Assembly: GCA_964249105.1 (NCBI GenBank)
Contig: CAXUBB010000001.1
Span: 1 to 37,247 of the forward strand
DNA length: 37,247 nt
Direction: 5' to 3'
From: an uncultured Bryobacteraceae bacterium
Lineage (GTDB): Bacteria > Acidobacteriota > Terriglobia > Bryobacterales > Bryobacteraceae
Shown here one piece after another: positions 27,984 to 37,006 of the stretch (positions are counted from its first letter, which is position 1; each line of letters begins with the position of its first letter). The notes beneath the pieces were generated by a model. It saw only the letters and a list, made by a program, of their open reading frames with translations. It did not search any database and had not been told where the DNA came from. The translations under genes were made by a program, and so were the position numbers.

Positions 27984-29124
27984 CAATTGTTCCTTGAGCA
28001 AAATTGTTGTTGAAAGCCCATGCTAACCGCGGCTCGGAGTCAACATAGGCTGGCATTTCTGGTGTAACGTTCGGCATATAGATGCCCATCAGTTGTCCCT
28101 GCTGCTGGCCCAACTGAAGCATGACTGAAATGCAGTTTCTCTGTTTAGCCGCAGCATACAAGGCGCTTGTTTCGGCATCGTCTTGCACGAGGAGGCTGAA
28201 TTCTGAGCTCACCTGTCTCTCACCGGGAACAACCGCTGTGGGAAAGCAGGCCCCAAATTCATGCTGACGAGTCTCAAGATTATTTTTGATCCGAACCTTA
28301 GCGGCTGTGAGTGTAAAGAATTGGCTCGCAGGCTGTCCCAGCCAGACTTGTCCCAGGTGTCCGGGTACGCCCTGGTAATTGAAAGCGCCAATGGTCGGCT
28401 CGACTGGGTAGCTGCTAAGGGCCGCCATTCCCGGCTGAAAGCTGCCTGCATCCAGAATATTTGCAGCAGGTCCGGCGAAAACTAAATCATGATAATCACC
28501 ATTTACGGAAATTTCCAAGCTATCGATTGCCGCGCCAGTAACGACTCTACTGATGGGCGAAGCCGCATCCCAGTAGTCGTAAAGAGTGACGCTGGGCAGA
28601 ATGGTTGATAGGGAATATGTGAGTGTCGGGCAAAGATAGCTACCAACTGCAGGCGCCTGTGAGAACGGCGCATTAATGGTGAGAATCGAAGCATCTGGAA
28701 CACTGATGACAAACCGTATTTCGCCGGCATAAGAAACAGCTGATCCCAAAGACACACCATGAGGACTTGTCGTCTGTATTGTTGTAGGGTTCACCGTGGA
28801 ACTGACCATAAGTCCTGTAGAAATCTTTGGCGGTGCGCCTAGCGCTCCTTGAAATAAGGGACCATAACACGGCTGCCCGGCTCCGCTCCAGGAGGTCAAG
28901 TATGTTCGCACTTGAAAAGCTGTTTTCCGCCTCCCGTTTTGTGATGCGCCTAAAAATGTGCGAGTTCCAGTTTTGTCGAGCCTTCGGCTCTGCTCCATCG
29001 CCTGTTGAGCCTGTAATCGCATTGCGGGAAAGCGGTTAGTAGACGTGATTGCTGCTGCTTGCGCATACGACGATTCGACCGCTGTATAAAAGCGGTTCGC
29101 ATTGGAGGGTATGTAGCGTGGCAT
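27955..29124 (-). CDS. Putative major tail (tube) protein
   Basis: 389 aa, and it is the gene immediately upstream of the G/GT pair, the lambda gpV position. No motif was recognised, so the call rests on synteny only. Confidence 0.45.
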   Translation of the reverse strand: MPRYIPSNANRFYTAVESSYAQAAAITSTNRFPAMRLQAQQAMEQSRRLDKTGTRTFLGASQNGRRKTAFQVRTYLTSWSGAGQPCYGPLFQGALGAPPKISTGLMVSSTVNPTTIQTTSPHGVSLGSAVSYAGEIRFVISVPDASILTINAPFSQAPAVGSYLCPTLTYSLSTILPSVTLYDYWDAASPISRVVTGAAIDSLEISVNGDYHDLVFAGPAANILDAGSFQPGMAALSSYPVEPTIGAFNYQGVPGHLGQVWLGQPASQFFTLTAAKVRIKNNLETRQHEFGACFPTAVVPGERQVSSEFSLLVQDDAETSALYAAAKQRNCISVMLQLGQQQGQLMGIYMPNVTPEMPAYVDSEPRLAWAFNNNFAQGTIDDEIYIAFA

Positions 29125-29133
29125 TTGTAAGAG

Positions 29134-29652
29134 CTAATTCCGGCTGACACTCAGATCGAAAGTGATTCGTGCCAATTGCACAAACCCCAAACCGCCAACT
29201 TTAGGCGATTGAAATTGGACATCATAAACGCCTGGAAAGAAAATCCCATCTCCCCAGTCGCCGATGTTGCTCCGCAAAACGTTAGTTATTGCTTCGACGT
29301 AGAAGTGAATCCATTGATCAACGTCGCTGAGTAGGTTTCCGCTCGTCCATACGTCTGCAACGACGGCCAATCCTCCGGACAATGACATGAATTTTTCTAT
29401 TTGAGTATTTTTAATTCCCGCGCTATAAAGACAAATTCTAGGATAGCTAAATTGGATATCCCGGTCGCCCATGTCCTGCGAAGCGGAGCTAAGTATGATT
29501 TGTGTCGGGTTAATCATCGGCACATTCGCGTTGCAGGAGTTGTTAAGCGCGGTAATCTCCTGCTGCAAAGCTGTTTCTCCAGTCAACAGGTCAAACACTT
29601 TTTGAACTGCAAGTATTGTCAGAGGTGGCATAGCGTTTAACCTCGTTGCCAT
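29134..29652 (-). CDS. Phage structural protein, head-tail joining / tail terminator position
   Basis: 172 aa, between the head genes and the tube gene. It overlaps the upstream ORF by 16 nt. No family was recognised. Confidence 0.4.
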   Translation of the reverse strand: MATRLNAMPPLTILAVQKVFDLLTGETALQQEITALNNSCNANVPMINPTQIILSSASQDMGDRDIQFSYPRICLYSAGIKNTQIEKFMSLSGGLAVVADVWTSGNLLSDVDQWIHFYVEAITNVLRSNIGDWGDGIFFPGVYDVQFQSPKVGGLGFVQLARITFDLSVSRN

Positions 29653-30416
29653 CGCCGGATACAGGCGACGGTCACATCTGGTATCTGTCCGTTTTTCGGG
29701 CTGGCCCCCGAAACGAGACCACTACTTGGCATCTGCCACGGAGATCCGATGACAATTGGGGAACTATTTTGAAGGCTTAAGCCTCCCTGCGACGTGCTGG
29801 CGTAACCATTCCAGCCAGTAGCCGTGATTGGCGCCTGGCTGCTGGCCTCAACCATGCTCACCTGTATGCTTGCGGAACCGTTGAGAATCATTCCGTTAAT
29901 TGGACTCATCGCACTCTCGTTGCCGAGCCGATCCACCCAAGTCACCTGAACAAAGATCGATGAAGCCTGAAATGATCCAGTTCCGTTGGAAATTGCTGGG
30001 AGAGCAGGCTTTGGCAAAGGGTTCAGCACCACCCCAATACCGCTCGCCAAGCATAGTTCACCGACAGCATCAGATTGCTGTTGATATTCGTTCCACTTTC
30101 CCTGAAAGCGAGTATTAAGCTGAACGTTGTACGCCTCTGCATAAACTCGTGCCAGCGAATCAAAACACAACCAACGGAATAGAGTAGGGGTTACGACGAC
30201 CGTTGACAAACCAATTCTTGCTCGGTTGAGCCACTGCGGGTCTGATAATCCTGCTCTCAAGAGATTAAGCATGAGCTTGTCGCTGATCTCATTGGTTGCA
30301 AGCTGTATCTTTGCCTGAACGTCAATACTATGGGTCGATGATACTTGTACGAGAGATCCCTCAAACGGCAAAAGATCATCCAGCGTGACAACGTCCGGAT
30401 CGGTGAAAAGCGCCAT
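29637..30416 (-). CDS. Phage structural protein, head-tail connector position, with beta-rich C-terminal half
   Basis: 259 aa with an AGGAG RBS. The N-terminal third loosely resembles gp6-type connector openings (VTLDDLLPFEGS...). The call is positional. Confidence 0.4.
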   Translation of the reverse strand: MALFTDPDVVTLDDLLPFEGSLVQVSSTHSIDVQAKIQLATNEISDKLMLNLLRAGLSDPQWLNRARIGLSTVVVTPTLFRWLCFDSLARVYAEAYNVQLNTRFQGKWNEYQQQSDAVGELCLASGIGVVLNPLPKPALPAISNGTGSFQASSIFVQVTWVDRLGNESAMSPINGMILNGSASIQVSMVEASSQAPITATGWNGYASTSQGGLSLQNSSPIVIGSPWQMPSSGLVSGASPKNGQIPDVTVACIRRWQRG

Positions 30417-30427
30417 GAGTTCTACTC

Positions 30428-30745
30428 CTACTTTTTGCTGACCGTCTTAGTCGTCTGTAGATCAGAATCGGCTATGATTGCCACTTGTACTCGGCGCGCC
30501 AACTCCGCTTTTTCCGCTACTTTCTTAGCAGCTTCTTGCTGTTGGTGGAAAAGCTCTTTCTGCTCGACGCTCGCAAGAGTTGCTCTTCGTTCGAGAATCA
30601 TCTTGGCGGCTACGAAACGCGGCACTTCGCACACGGTACCGGCTTTCCCGCCGTCTGAGGTCTCAAGACTGACAACCAACGGATGCGGCTCTGTTAAGCT
30701 TTCTTCAATCTCTCGCACTTTTCGAAAGTATTGTTTTACGTCCAC
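30428..30745 (-). CDS. Small phage protein of unknown function (head completion/decoration position)
   Basis: 105 aa. GTG start with an AGGAGA RBS at 5-6 nt spacing. It is the first gene after the coat-gene hairpin. Confidence 0.45.
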   Translation of the reverse strand: MDVKQYFRKVREIEESLTEPHPLVVSLETSDGGKAGTVCEVPRFVAAKMILERRATLASVEQKELFHQQQEAAKKVAEKAELARRVQVAIIADSDLQTTKTVSKK

Positions 30746-30756
30746 AGGTATCTCCT

Positions 30757-30787
30757 AAAATGAAATGGGAGCTGCATCGCAGCCCCC
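30757..30787 (-). terminator. Intrinsic-terminator-like hairpin just after the coat gene
   Basis: The mRNA strand reads GGGGGCUGC-GAU-GCAGCUCCC (9-bp stem with one mismatch) followed by AUUUCAUUUU. It starts about 30 nt after the coat stop. Confidence 0.45.
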
Positions 30788-30819
30788 AGGAAACTACTGA
30801 CACTAACAACTAATAATTA

Positions 30820-31731
30820 TTAGCTATTGACCTGTACGGCAAAGTTGTTCCGGAGAACGCCGCAACCGTAAAGAATGTCTACTGTAAACTGCTGCGATAA
30901 GGTGTTCGGTTGATAGCTCATCACCACTCGAATGCCGAAATTCCCCATTTCGGCATATTCAGCGACAGCTCCCGTGCCCGGTAGCGGTTGGGGAAGACGG
31001 CGCACAACTAACCCGAGGGCATCACGCGTAAACGCAAGATTATGCGTATTAATTGTAGAGGAGCCCGTAGCGGCAACGTACTGTGAACGGAAGATAAAAA
31101 AGTCCTTCATCTTGCCGACATTACCCTCAACCAATGCTTTAAGGCCAGCATCGCCGGATGAGTAGTACTCACTGAAGCGCGGAATTTGACGAATCTGGGA
31201 ATAAGCGTTGGAATCGACCACTAGGTACTTCGGAGCAGTAGCGGGAACTTTTGCGGCAAACAAAGCGGTTTCAGCCATATCGATGGTGCCCTCCGTGATG
31301 GGCGAACCGGCCGAGCCAACAGGCGCATTCGCGGAAAACTGCCCGTACAGGTTGAGAAGATCCCGCTCCACTCTTTCAGCAATGGCGATCACTGCTGGCT
31401 GCATGTATGCCTTCAACAATTCGGGGAAGGCCAACGCCTTGGTAACATCCGGAATCTGAAAAGTCGCTTCAGCATGCGTATTCAAAACAATTTGAGCGTT
31501 TCCCAAGCTCGGGTTCTGGGGGGTAACTGTACCGCCTTCAGCAATGTTGTTCGCAACCAGAACTGGTGGAATCGGCACGTTAACAGTGTCGCCTGCATGC
31601 GCCAGCACAGGTTCATAGTCGCGATTCACTAAATTGCCCATAATGAGATTTCCCATCAGGGCTGGTAAAGCATCGGCAGCGACGAGCTTTACAATTGCAT
31701 TCGCCAGATTGGCGGAAGTAATAGTTGACAT
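30820..31731 (-). CDS. Major capsid protein, P22 coat-like family
   Basis: Start is the ATG at 31729-31731, with AGGAG 6 nt upstream (Met10 of the track ORF). MSTITSANLANAIVKLVAADALPALMGNLIMGNLVNRDYEPVLAHAGDTVNVPIPP resembles the P22_CoatProtein N-terminal pattern, from memory. It follows a scaffold-like gene. Confidence 0.7.
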   Translation of the reverse strand: MSTITSANLANAIVKLVAADALPALMGNLIMGNLVNRDYEPVLAHAGDTVNVPIPPVLVANNIAEGGTVTPQNPSLGNAQIVLNTHAEATFQIPDVTKALAFPELLKAYMQPAVIAIAERVERDLLNLYGQFSANAPVGSAGSPITEGTIDMAETALFAAKVPATAPKYLVVDSNAYSQIRQIPRFSEYYSSGDAGLKALVEGNVGKMKDFFIFRSQYVAATGSSTINTHNLAFTRDALGLVVRRLPQPLPGTGAVAEYAEMGNFGIRVVMSYQPNTLSQQFTVDILYGCGVLRNNFAVQVNS

Positions 31732-31751
31732 AATTCTCCTAAATGATTGGT

Positions 31752-31769
31752 GCGGCAAGTTTCTGCCGC
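31752..31769 (-). other. Small hairpin GCGGCA-N6-UGCCGC in the 114-bp scaffold-coat spacer
   Basis: Read directly from the sequence. It lies 21 nt upstream of the coat ATG region. Its function is unknown. Confidence 0.25.
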
Positions 31770-31845
31770 TCTCTCCTTAAGCCCCTGTGGATTCGCGAGC
31801 TATAGGTGATTAGTGATGACTGATAAGTATTCTGAAAAACAGCTA

Positions 31846-32424
31846 CTACGAGCCGTATACGGATTGCGACGCCAACCGAGAGATTTCTTTCCTGACTTGG
31901 TCAAGCTCCTCTTTACTCATCCCAGGTCTGATTGCATTAAGGTCAATCGGCGCTGGCGTCGAGGTGTTGTTTTTGGCTGTTTGCGCTCCGCTACCGCCAG
32001 CGATCCGTGCTGGCAATAATTCAGGATTTTCTTGCACAAAACCAGCAAGGTATTCCTGCAGCGACTTGTTCTCCATGCCCCGGCCCATTAACCGGCCATC
32101 CTCTGCCCGAACCACGTCGTCCTTTACGGCGCGGAATGCCAGATCGACTTTTGCGACTCCCAGCCGCTGCAGTTCAGCTCGAACTTGTGAACTTCGGTCA
32201 GCCTCCTCCGCCAGCGCACGTGCTTTTCGATTTTCGTCAACCAGTTGATTAAGCCGCAATTCCAGAGACTCCCGTCGTTTGCGCTCATCCTGTAGCTCGG
32301 CTTTGTAGGCAGGTTCGGCTTTCTGCTGTTCACTGCGCACAAACTCACTGATAGCCTGCTTGACAATTTCCTTCACGTCAACGCTGGCAGACGTCTGGTT
32401 TTCAATCGGTTCTTGATATGACAC
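31846..32424 (-). CDS. Scaffolding protein
   Basis: 192 aa, highly charged, with coiled-coil-type sequence (AELQDERKRRESLELRLNQLVDENRKARALAEEADR). It lies between the portal and coat genes. GTG start with a GAGGAG RBS. Confidence 0.6.
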   Translation of the reverse strand: MSYQEPIENQTSASVDVKEIVKQAISEFVRSEQQKAEPAYKAELQDERKRRESLELRLNQLVDENRKARALAEEADRSSQVRAELQRLGVAKVDLAFRAVKDDVVRAEDGRLMGRGMENKSLQEYLAGFVQENPELLPARIAGGSGAQTAKNNTSTPAPIDLNAIRPGMSKEELDQVRKEISRLASQSVYGS

Positions 32425-32440
32425 TCAGCTTTCACTCCTC

Positions 32441-33823
32441 TTAAGCAAACTGCACGTTAATCTCGTGTGTAATTTGATCCTTTGTTTCCTGATTGGCATC
32501 ATCCAGATATTTGGTCGCCAATCGCTGATAAATTTGTCGCTTCAGCGTTGGAGACTCAATCCCTAACTGAAGAAGATTTTTAGCATCTTGTAATTCGGTG
32601 CCAAAATCACTTATGTCTACTTCGTCAAGTCCCGTGACACAAACGGTGGTTTCGTCTTGACGAGCCTTGCAGATCCCGTTTAGTACCTTCCTAATGCAGT
32701 CTTTGATGGTCGTGCCGTAAGCTCGCAGCACTTCCTGAGTAATTACAAAATCCATCTGCTTACTCAAGGCCGACTGTGCATGGCCGCTTACCATCTCTCC
32801 GGACGCTTGTGAAAGATAGCAAACTCGGTAGATCTCTTCTTTCAGCGACTCAAGATTAGTTGCGGCGATTTGATAAACTTTGCCGTCTGGCTCAGTCCAG
32901 CCAAATTTATCTGTTGGCCCGAGTTGAATGTAGTAGCTTTCTCCAACAATCTGGTTCCACTCGCGGTCAGAGTAAATCACGGGCATTGCGAATAGGCCCA
33001 TGGTGATGGCCCAGGCCAGCGCATTTGATTTATTGAAATGTTCGAGCTGAAGATGTGCCGCCTTGTTCGTCAGCCAAAGCCCATCAGTAACTTGCATGGT
33101 GATCAGCGGAACTCGGTTTTCGCGACTATAAGCGTGAGGACCGCTATCGACCAAAGAAATGACACTTTCGCTGCCTTCACGCTCGAACCGCCGATAGATT
33201 TGGAATCCCGAGCGATCGTAGTATCTCCAATAAGTTTCTTCAACAAGATCCGGCGAGTTCACATTCGGTTGACGGCGTATCTTCTGGCGAAGAACAATCC
33301 ACTCATACTCGCCATGCTCGTCAAGACTCCAGTTGATTAGATTTTCGGCTTGATACTGGACCAGGTAAGCGCGTGATAATCCCACTGCATCCTCTTCAGC
33401 TCTGTTGGTGGGAGTCGTCGCAGCGCGCGGAAAGTCAATCAGAATGTGGGTTCGGCCCGCGACAAGCACATCTGTGAAACACTGCCTGAAAAACGTGGCG
33501 AGTCTGGTGCCCTTACGGTCGCAATCATCTAAGAAAGCAGGAAAGAATTTATCACCAGCTTCAAGGAAACCTTGGAATTGGACCGAAGGTTCGCGACGGA
33601 AGAGCGTTGATGCATACCAATCAACAATTGACCCCACATAGTTCTGATAGAACGCACGTTGCAGGCGCTCGCTATAGACATCTAGAGGCTCTTTTTGCCG
33701 CCGCAGCAAATACTCACCGGCTCGGTGTTTGAACTGCAAACCGCCCGCGTACAGATCGCGGTAGGTCCGAAGTGTATGTTGCTGCTTTTTAAAGTCTGGG
33801 TGTTCTCGGTCTATATCAATCAT
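32441..33823 (-). CDS. Portal protein (DUF4055-type, tentative)
   Basis: 460 aa and first gene of the block, directly upstream of scaffold and coat. DVYSERLQRAFYQNYVGSIVDWYASTLFRREP resembles the conserved N-terminal portal segment I associate with DUF4055. This has not been verified. Confidence 0.6.
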   Translation of the reverse strand: MIDIDREHPDFKKQQHTLRTYRDLYAGGLQFKHRAGEYLLRRQKEPLDVYSERLQRAFYQNYVGSIVDWYASTLFRREPSVQFQGFLEAGDKFFPAFLDDCDRKGTRLATFFRQCFTDVLVAGRTHILIDFPRAATTPTNRAEEDAVGLSRAYLVQYQAENLINWSLDEHGEYEWIVLRQKIRRQPNVNSPDLVEETYWRYYDRSGFQIYRRFEREGSESVISLVDSGPHAYSRENRVPLITMQVTDGLWLTNKAAHLQLEHFNKSNALAWAITMGLFAMPVIYSDREWNQIVGESYYIQLGPTDKFGWTEPDGKVYQIAATNLESLKEEIYRVCYLSQASGEMVSGHAQSALSKQMDFVITQEVLRAYGTTIKDCIRKVLNGICKARQDETTVCVTGLDEVDISDFGTELQDAKNLLQLGIESPTLKRQIYQRLATKYLDDANQETKDQITHEINVQFA

Positions 33824-33979
33824 GCAACGCTGCTCTCAACCAACCTTATCCGCTCATGACAGTAACGCCACCCTTCCCGCCCAAGGCGTGAAAGTCAGCT
33901 CATCCTATTGATTACAGAAAAGATAGATTTTTTTAAGCTTTTGTGAACAGGTTCCCGGACTGGATCAGTAAACTGAAGT

Positions 33980-34801
33980 TTGCGGTCAGTCCTAATTCAG
34001 TCTGAGATTAACAATCGAGAAGCTCTCATCGCGGAGCTCTGGGAATACGGCACTGCTGGAATTATCGAAAACTTGGATACCGTACGGGCGTTCTTTGAGA
34101 ATGACGGTTCTCTGCTGCAGATGCTGAATCAGCTAAGTTGCCCGGTACTCGAAGTAACCGACGAAACGAACCAAGCCAGCTTATCCGGATTTTTCCCAAA
34201 CCACGATCCGATATACGCTGGCCAGCGCTTTTTCATTGTGTCTTCTGCCATGAATGATCCAGCACCTCCTGATCGGAAGCGTTTAGTTATAGATGCTAAC
34301 GATGCTTTCGGAAGCGGGAGTCACGAAAGCACCCAGCTCGTCATTCAGGCATTGGAAAAACGTTTGCCGCCAAACGCCATTGTTCTCGATGTGGGATGTG
34401 GCTCCGGTATTTTGTCGGTAGTAGCACAGGAACTAGGCGCGGCTCGGGTTTTTGCTTGCGACATCCACACTGGAGCTGTTCATTCTGCCCGGAAGCACTC
34501 AGTCAAATCGCACTTTTTTGTTGGCAGCATCGACGCCCTCGCTCCTGCTGTCGCTGATGTAGTCATCGTAAATATCAGCGCTAACACGATTGATCTGCTT
34601 ACCCACGAACTTCACCGCATCATAAGGTCGGCTGGTCTGTTGATACTAGCTGGATTCACCATCGACCGAATTCCTGTCAAAATCCACCCTGACACAATTT
34701 TTCAGTTGAATGATTGGCTCTGTTGGCTGTGCCGTCCCGAAGACATATTTTCAGTAGGACCGCAAGCAAATTTGCAACCCTTTCCCGCCCAATGGTGGTG
34801 A
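33980..34801 (+). CDS. prmA: Ribosomal protein L11 methyltransferase
   Basis: IDANDAFGSGSHESTQLVIQALEK...VLDVGCGSGILSVVAQELGAARVFACDI carries the PrmA substrate and SAM motifs. The TTG start is uncertain. Confidence 0.75.
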   Translation: MRSVLIQSEINNREALIAELWEYGTAGIIENLDTVRAFFENDGSLLQMLNQLSCPVLEVTDETNQASLSGFFPNHDPIYAGQRFFIVSSAMNDPAPPDRKRLVIDANDAFGSGSHESTQLVIQALEKRLPPNAIVLDVGCGSGILSVVAQELGAARVFACDIHTGAVHSARKHSVKSHFFVGSIDALAPAVADVVIVNISANTIDLLTHELHRIIRSAGLLILAGFTIDRIPVKIHPDTIFQLNDWLCWLCRPEDIFSVGPQANLQPFPAQWW

Positions 34802-34869
34802 AATCCAAGGCTCTTTCAACTGTTACAGCTAGTATGTAACATTGAGCACGATAGATGTCTCAAACCAGC

Positions 34870-35034
34870 ATGTTACGCAATTCACTATTTCTCGTGATCT
34901 TCTTTGTTCTTCTGATTGTGTGGCTACTGGGTTGGACTGCATTCCACCTGGCAGGCGGTCTCATACATATTATCCTCGTCATTGCAGTAATCTCGTTAGT
35001 CATACATTTCGTTCGGGGACGCAGCTCTGTTTAA
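34870..35034 (+). CDS. Small two-TM membrane protein (lmo0937/DUF5670-like), 54 aa, below the ORF-track cutoff
   Basis: My own translation from the ATG at 34870: MLRNSLFLVIFFVLLIVWLLGWTAFHLAGGLIHIILVIAVISLVIHFVRGRSSV*. It has the typical ..WLLGW....GG.IHILLVIAVI....R pattern. The overlapping 70-aa track ORF (34842-35054) looks non-coding. Confidence 0.65.
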   Translation: MLRNSLFLVIFFVLLIVWLLGWTAFHLAGGLIHIILVIAVISLVIHFVRGRSSV

Positions 35035-35116
35035 AACAAAACTGCGGGCAATAGCGCCCTTAAATTTATAATCCTGATCGCGTTACTACCTCCCTAAAGA
35101 CTGTTCATATTAACCT

Positions 35117-36985
35117 GTGACGATTTCTGATTGGTTGTTATCTGAATTACGTTTACCGAAAGGTGTAAGGAGCGAACCGGAAAAGCATCATTCCTGGTGG
35201 CGTGTAATGTGCCTTACAGGTGTCGACTACTTCTCCACTTTGGGCTACCAGCCTGGTATTGCCTTCTTAGCAGCAGGTGCTCTTTCCCCTCTTGCCACTT
35301 TAATTCTGGTACTGGTGACTTTATTCGGCGCTCTCCCTGTTTACAACCGTGTCGCCGAAGCAAGTCCTAATGGACAGGGAAGTATAGCGATGCTCCAGAA
35401 CTTATTTCCCCAGTGGAGTGGTAAAACCTTCGTTCTAGTGTTGCTCGGGTTTGCAACAACGGACTTCGTAATTACTATTACCCTTTCAGCTGCCGACGCC
35501 GCTGCTCATTTCGTCCAAAATCCGTTCACGCCTGTCTGGATGAAAAACCAACTGGTAATCACGCTTTGTTTACTCGGCCTCCTAGGAACTATTTTCCTCA
35601 AGGGTTTTAAGGAAGCCATTGGAGTCGCTGTTATTTTGGTCGCTTTGTACCTTAGCCTGAACACAATAGTAACGGCTGTCGGGCTTTGGGAAGTCCTGCG
35701 GCACCCGCATGTCTTTCCAGACTGGATGAATTCCCTCTCCACTCATTACAGCAATGCCTTTGTAATGCTAGGCATTTCGCTTGTCCTATTCCCGAAACTG
35801 GCCCTGGGTCTATCGGGATTTGAAACGGGAGTTGCCGTCATGCCGCTAATTGAGGGTACCGACCTGAACGATCGTGTCCGAAACACCCGCAAGCTCCTCG
35901 TTACGGCAGCCTTGATTATGAGCGTTTTCCTGATCGCAACCAGCATCGTCACAACTCTGCTGATTGAGCCGGACAAGTTTAAGGATGGTGGTGAAGCGAA
36001 CGGGCGCGCGCTCGCGTACTTAGCTCATAAGTATCTCGGTAACGCCTTTGGAACCGTTTACGACTTCAGTACGATTCTCATTCTCGCGTTTGCTGGCGCT
36101 TCCGCTATGGCTGGCTTGCTGAATCTTATTCCACGCTATCTCCCGCGTTTTGGCATGGCTCCTGAATGGGCTCGTGCGTCTCGCCCCTTAGTGCTCGTCT
36201 TTCTAGCCATCTCTGTTGTTGTGACAATTCTTTTTCATGCCAACGTTGATGCCCAGGGCGGCGCCTATGCTACGGGTGTTCTCGTCCTGATTACGTCAGC
36301 CGCCATGGCCGTAACTATCGCTATTTGGAACACTCGCCTGCGATGGCCCTTTCTCTTTATCGCGCTAGTTTTCGTATACACAACGATACTGAACATCTAC
36401 GAGCGCCCGGAAGGTCTCAAAATATCCTTCTTCTTTATCATTTCGATTGTGGCAATCTCGCTGATTTCAAGGGCCATGCGCTCCACTGAACTCCGCATTA
36501 CGGGTGTTGACCTGGACTCGAGTGCTCAAGCCATGCTGGCGGAGGACGAAGATCAAGTAATCCGTATTGTTGCCCGTAGAGCAATTAAAGGAACAGAGGA
36601 GGATCTTGATCGCATCGATAAAAGTATTCGCACCGGTCATAATCTTGACCCTAATGAGCGCCTCTACTTTCTCGAGTTGGAACGTGGTGATGCCTCGGAG
36701 TTTGAGGATAGGTTGAAAATAACCGGTGAACATATCGGAAGGCACGACGTTCTACGTGGAAGAAGTCCAGTAGTGGCGAATGCTATTGCTGCGGTGCTCA
36801 TCCATCTGGAGCAAACAACCGGCCACAATCCCCATGCCTACTTCCAATGGACCGAAGGCAATCCTGTTGGCAATCTCTTCCGTTTTCTGTTTCTTGGCGA
36901 GGGCGATGTTGCCCCGCTTACGCACGAGGTTATTCGGCGCGCTATTGCTGACGAAAAGCATCGGCCTTGTATCCACGTCAGCTAA
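35117..36985 (+). CDS. APC-superfamily-like polytopic membrane protein with ~180-aa cytoplasmic C-terminal domain
   Basis: 622 aa, about 12 TM helices, followed by a soluble charged C-terminus. GTG start. The family assignment is approximate. Confidence 0.5.
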   Translation: MTISDWLLSELRLPKGVRSEPEKHHSWWRVMCLTGVDYFSTLGYQPGIAFLAAGALSPLATLILVLVTLFGALPVYNRVAEASPNGQGSIAMLQNLFPQWSGKTFVLVLLGFATTDFVITITLSAADAAAHFVQNPFTPVWMKNQLVITLCLLGLLGTIFLKGFKEAIGVAVILVALYLSLNTIVTAVGLWEVLRHPHVFPDWMNSLSTHYSNAFVMLGISLVLFPKLALGLSGFETGVAVMPLIEGTDLNDRVRNTRKLLVTAALIMSVFLIATSIVTTLLIEPDKFKDGGEANGRALAYLAHKYLGNAFGTVYDFSTILILAFAGASAMAGLLNLIPRYLPRFGMAPEWARASRPLVLVFLAISVVVTILFHANVDAQGGAYATGVLVLITSAAMAVTIAIWNTRLRWPFLFIALVFVYTTILNIYERPEGLKISFFFIISIVAISLISRAMRSTELRITGVDLDSSAQAMLAEDEDQVIRIVARRAIKGTEEDLDRIDKSIRTGHNLDPNERLYFLELERGDASEFEDRLKITGEHIGRHDVLRGRSPVVANAIAAVLIHLEQTTGHNPHAYFQWTEGNPVGNLFRFLFLGEGDVAPLTHEVIRRAIADEKHRPCIHVS

Positions 36986-37006
36986 TTCAGGCAGTTTTAG
37001 CTTTGC

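Larger units (their letters stand above)
21586..33823 (-). mobile_element. Phage-derived head-tail morphogenesis cluster (structural genes only): GTA-like element or prophage remnant
   Basis: Thirteen same-strand ORFs sit in canonical late-gene order, with overlapping or near-zero junctions. No terminase, integrase, lysis, replication or repressor genes are present. The flanks are chromosomal genes: the SSS transporter 38 bp downstream and prmA 156 bp upstream, divergent. Confidence 0.8.

Noticed and set aside
27955-29124. The 389-aa protein as a contractile sheath (tailocin/eCIS/myovirus-type)
   Set aside because: There is no separate tube gene between it and the G/GT pair. There are no baseplate wedge, spike or AAA+ genes, and the tip genes are lambda M/L/J-like, meaning non-contractile.
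30345-30758. 137-aa plus-strand ORF, and other plus-strand ORFs inside 21.6-33.8 kb
   Set aside because: All are antisense to tightly packed minus-strand structural genes, and none has an RBS or motif.
21548-33979. att direct repeats, tRNA target or integrase marking a prophage boundary
   Set aside because: I compared the two junction spacers by eye and found only trivial matches of 6 nt or less. No tRNA-like sequence or recombinase ORF is present.
34842-35054. 70-aa plus-strand ORF
   Set aside because: It is replaced by the 54-aa membrane protein in another frame (34870-35034), which has a recognisable family pattern.
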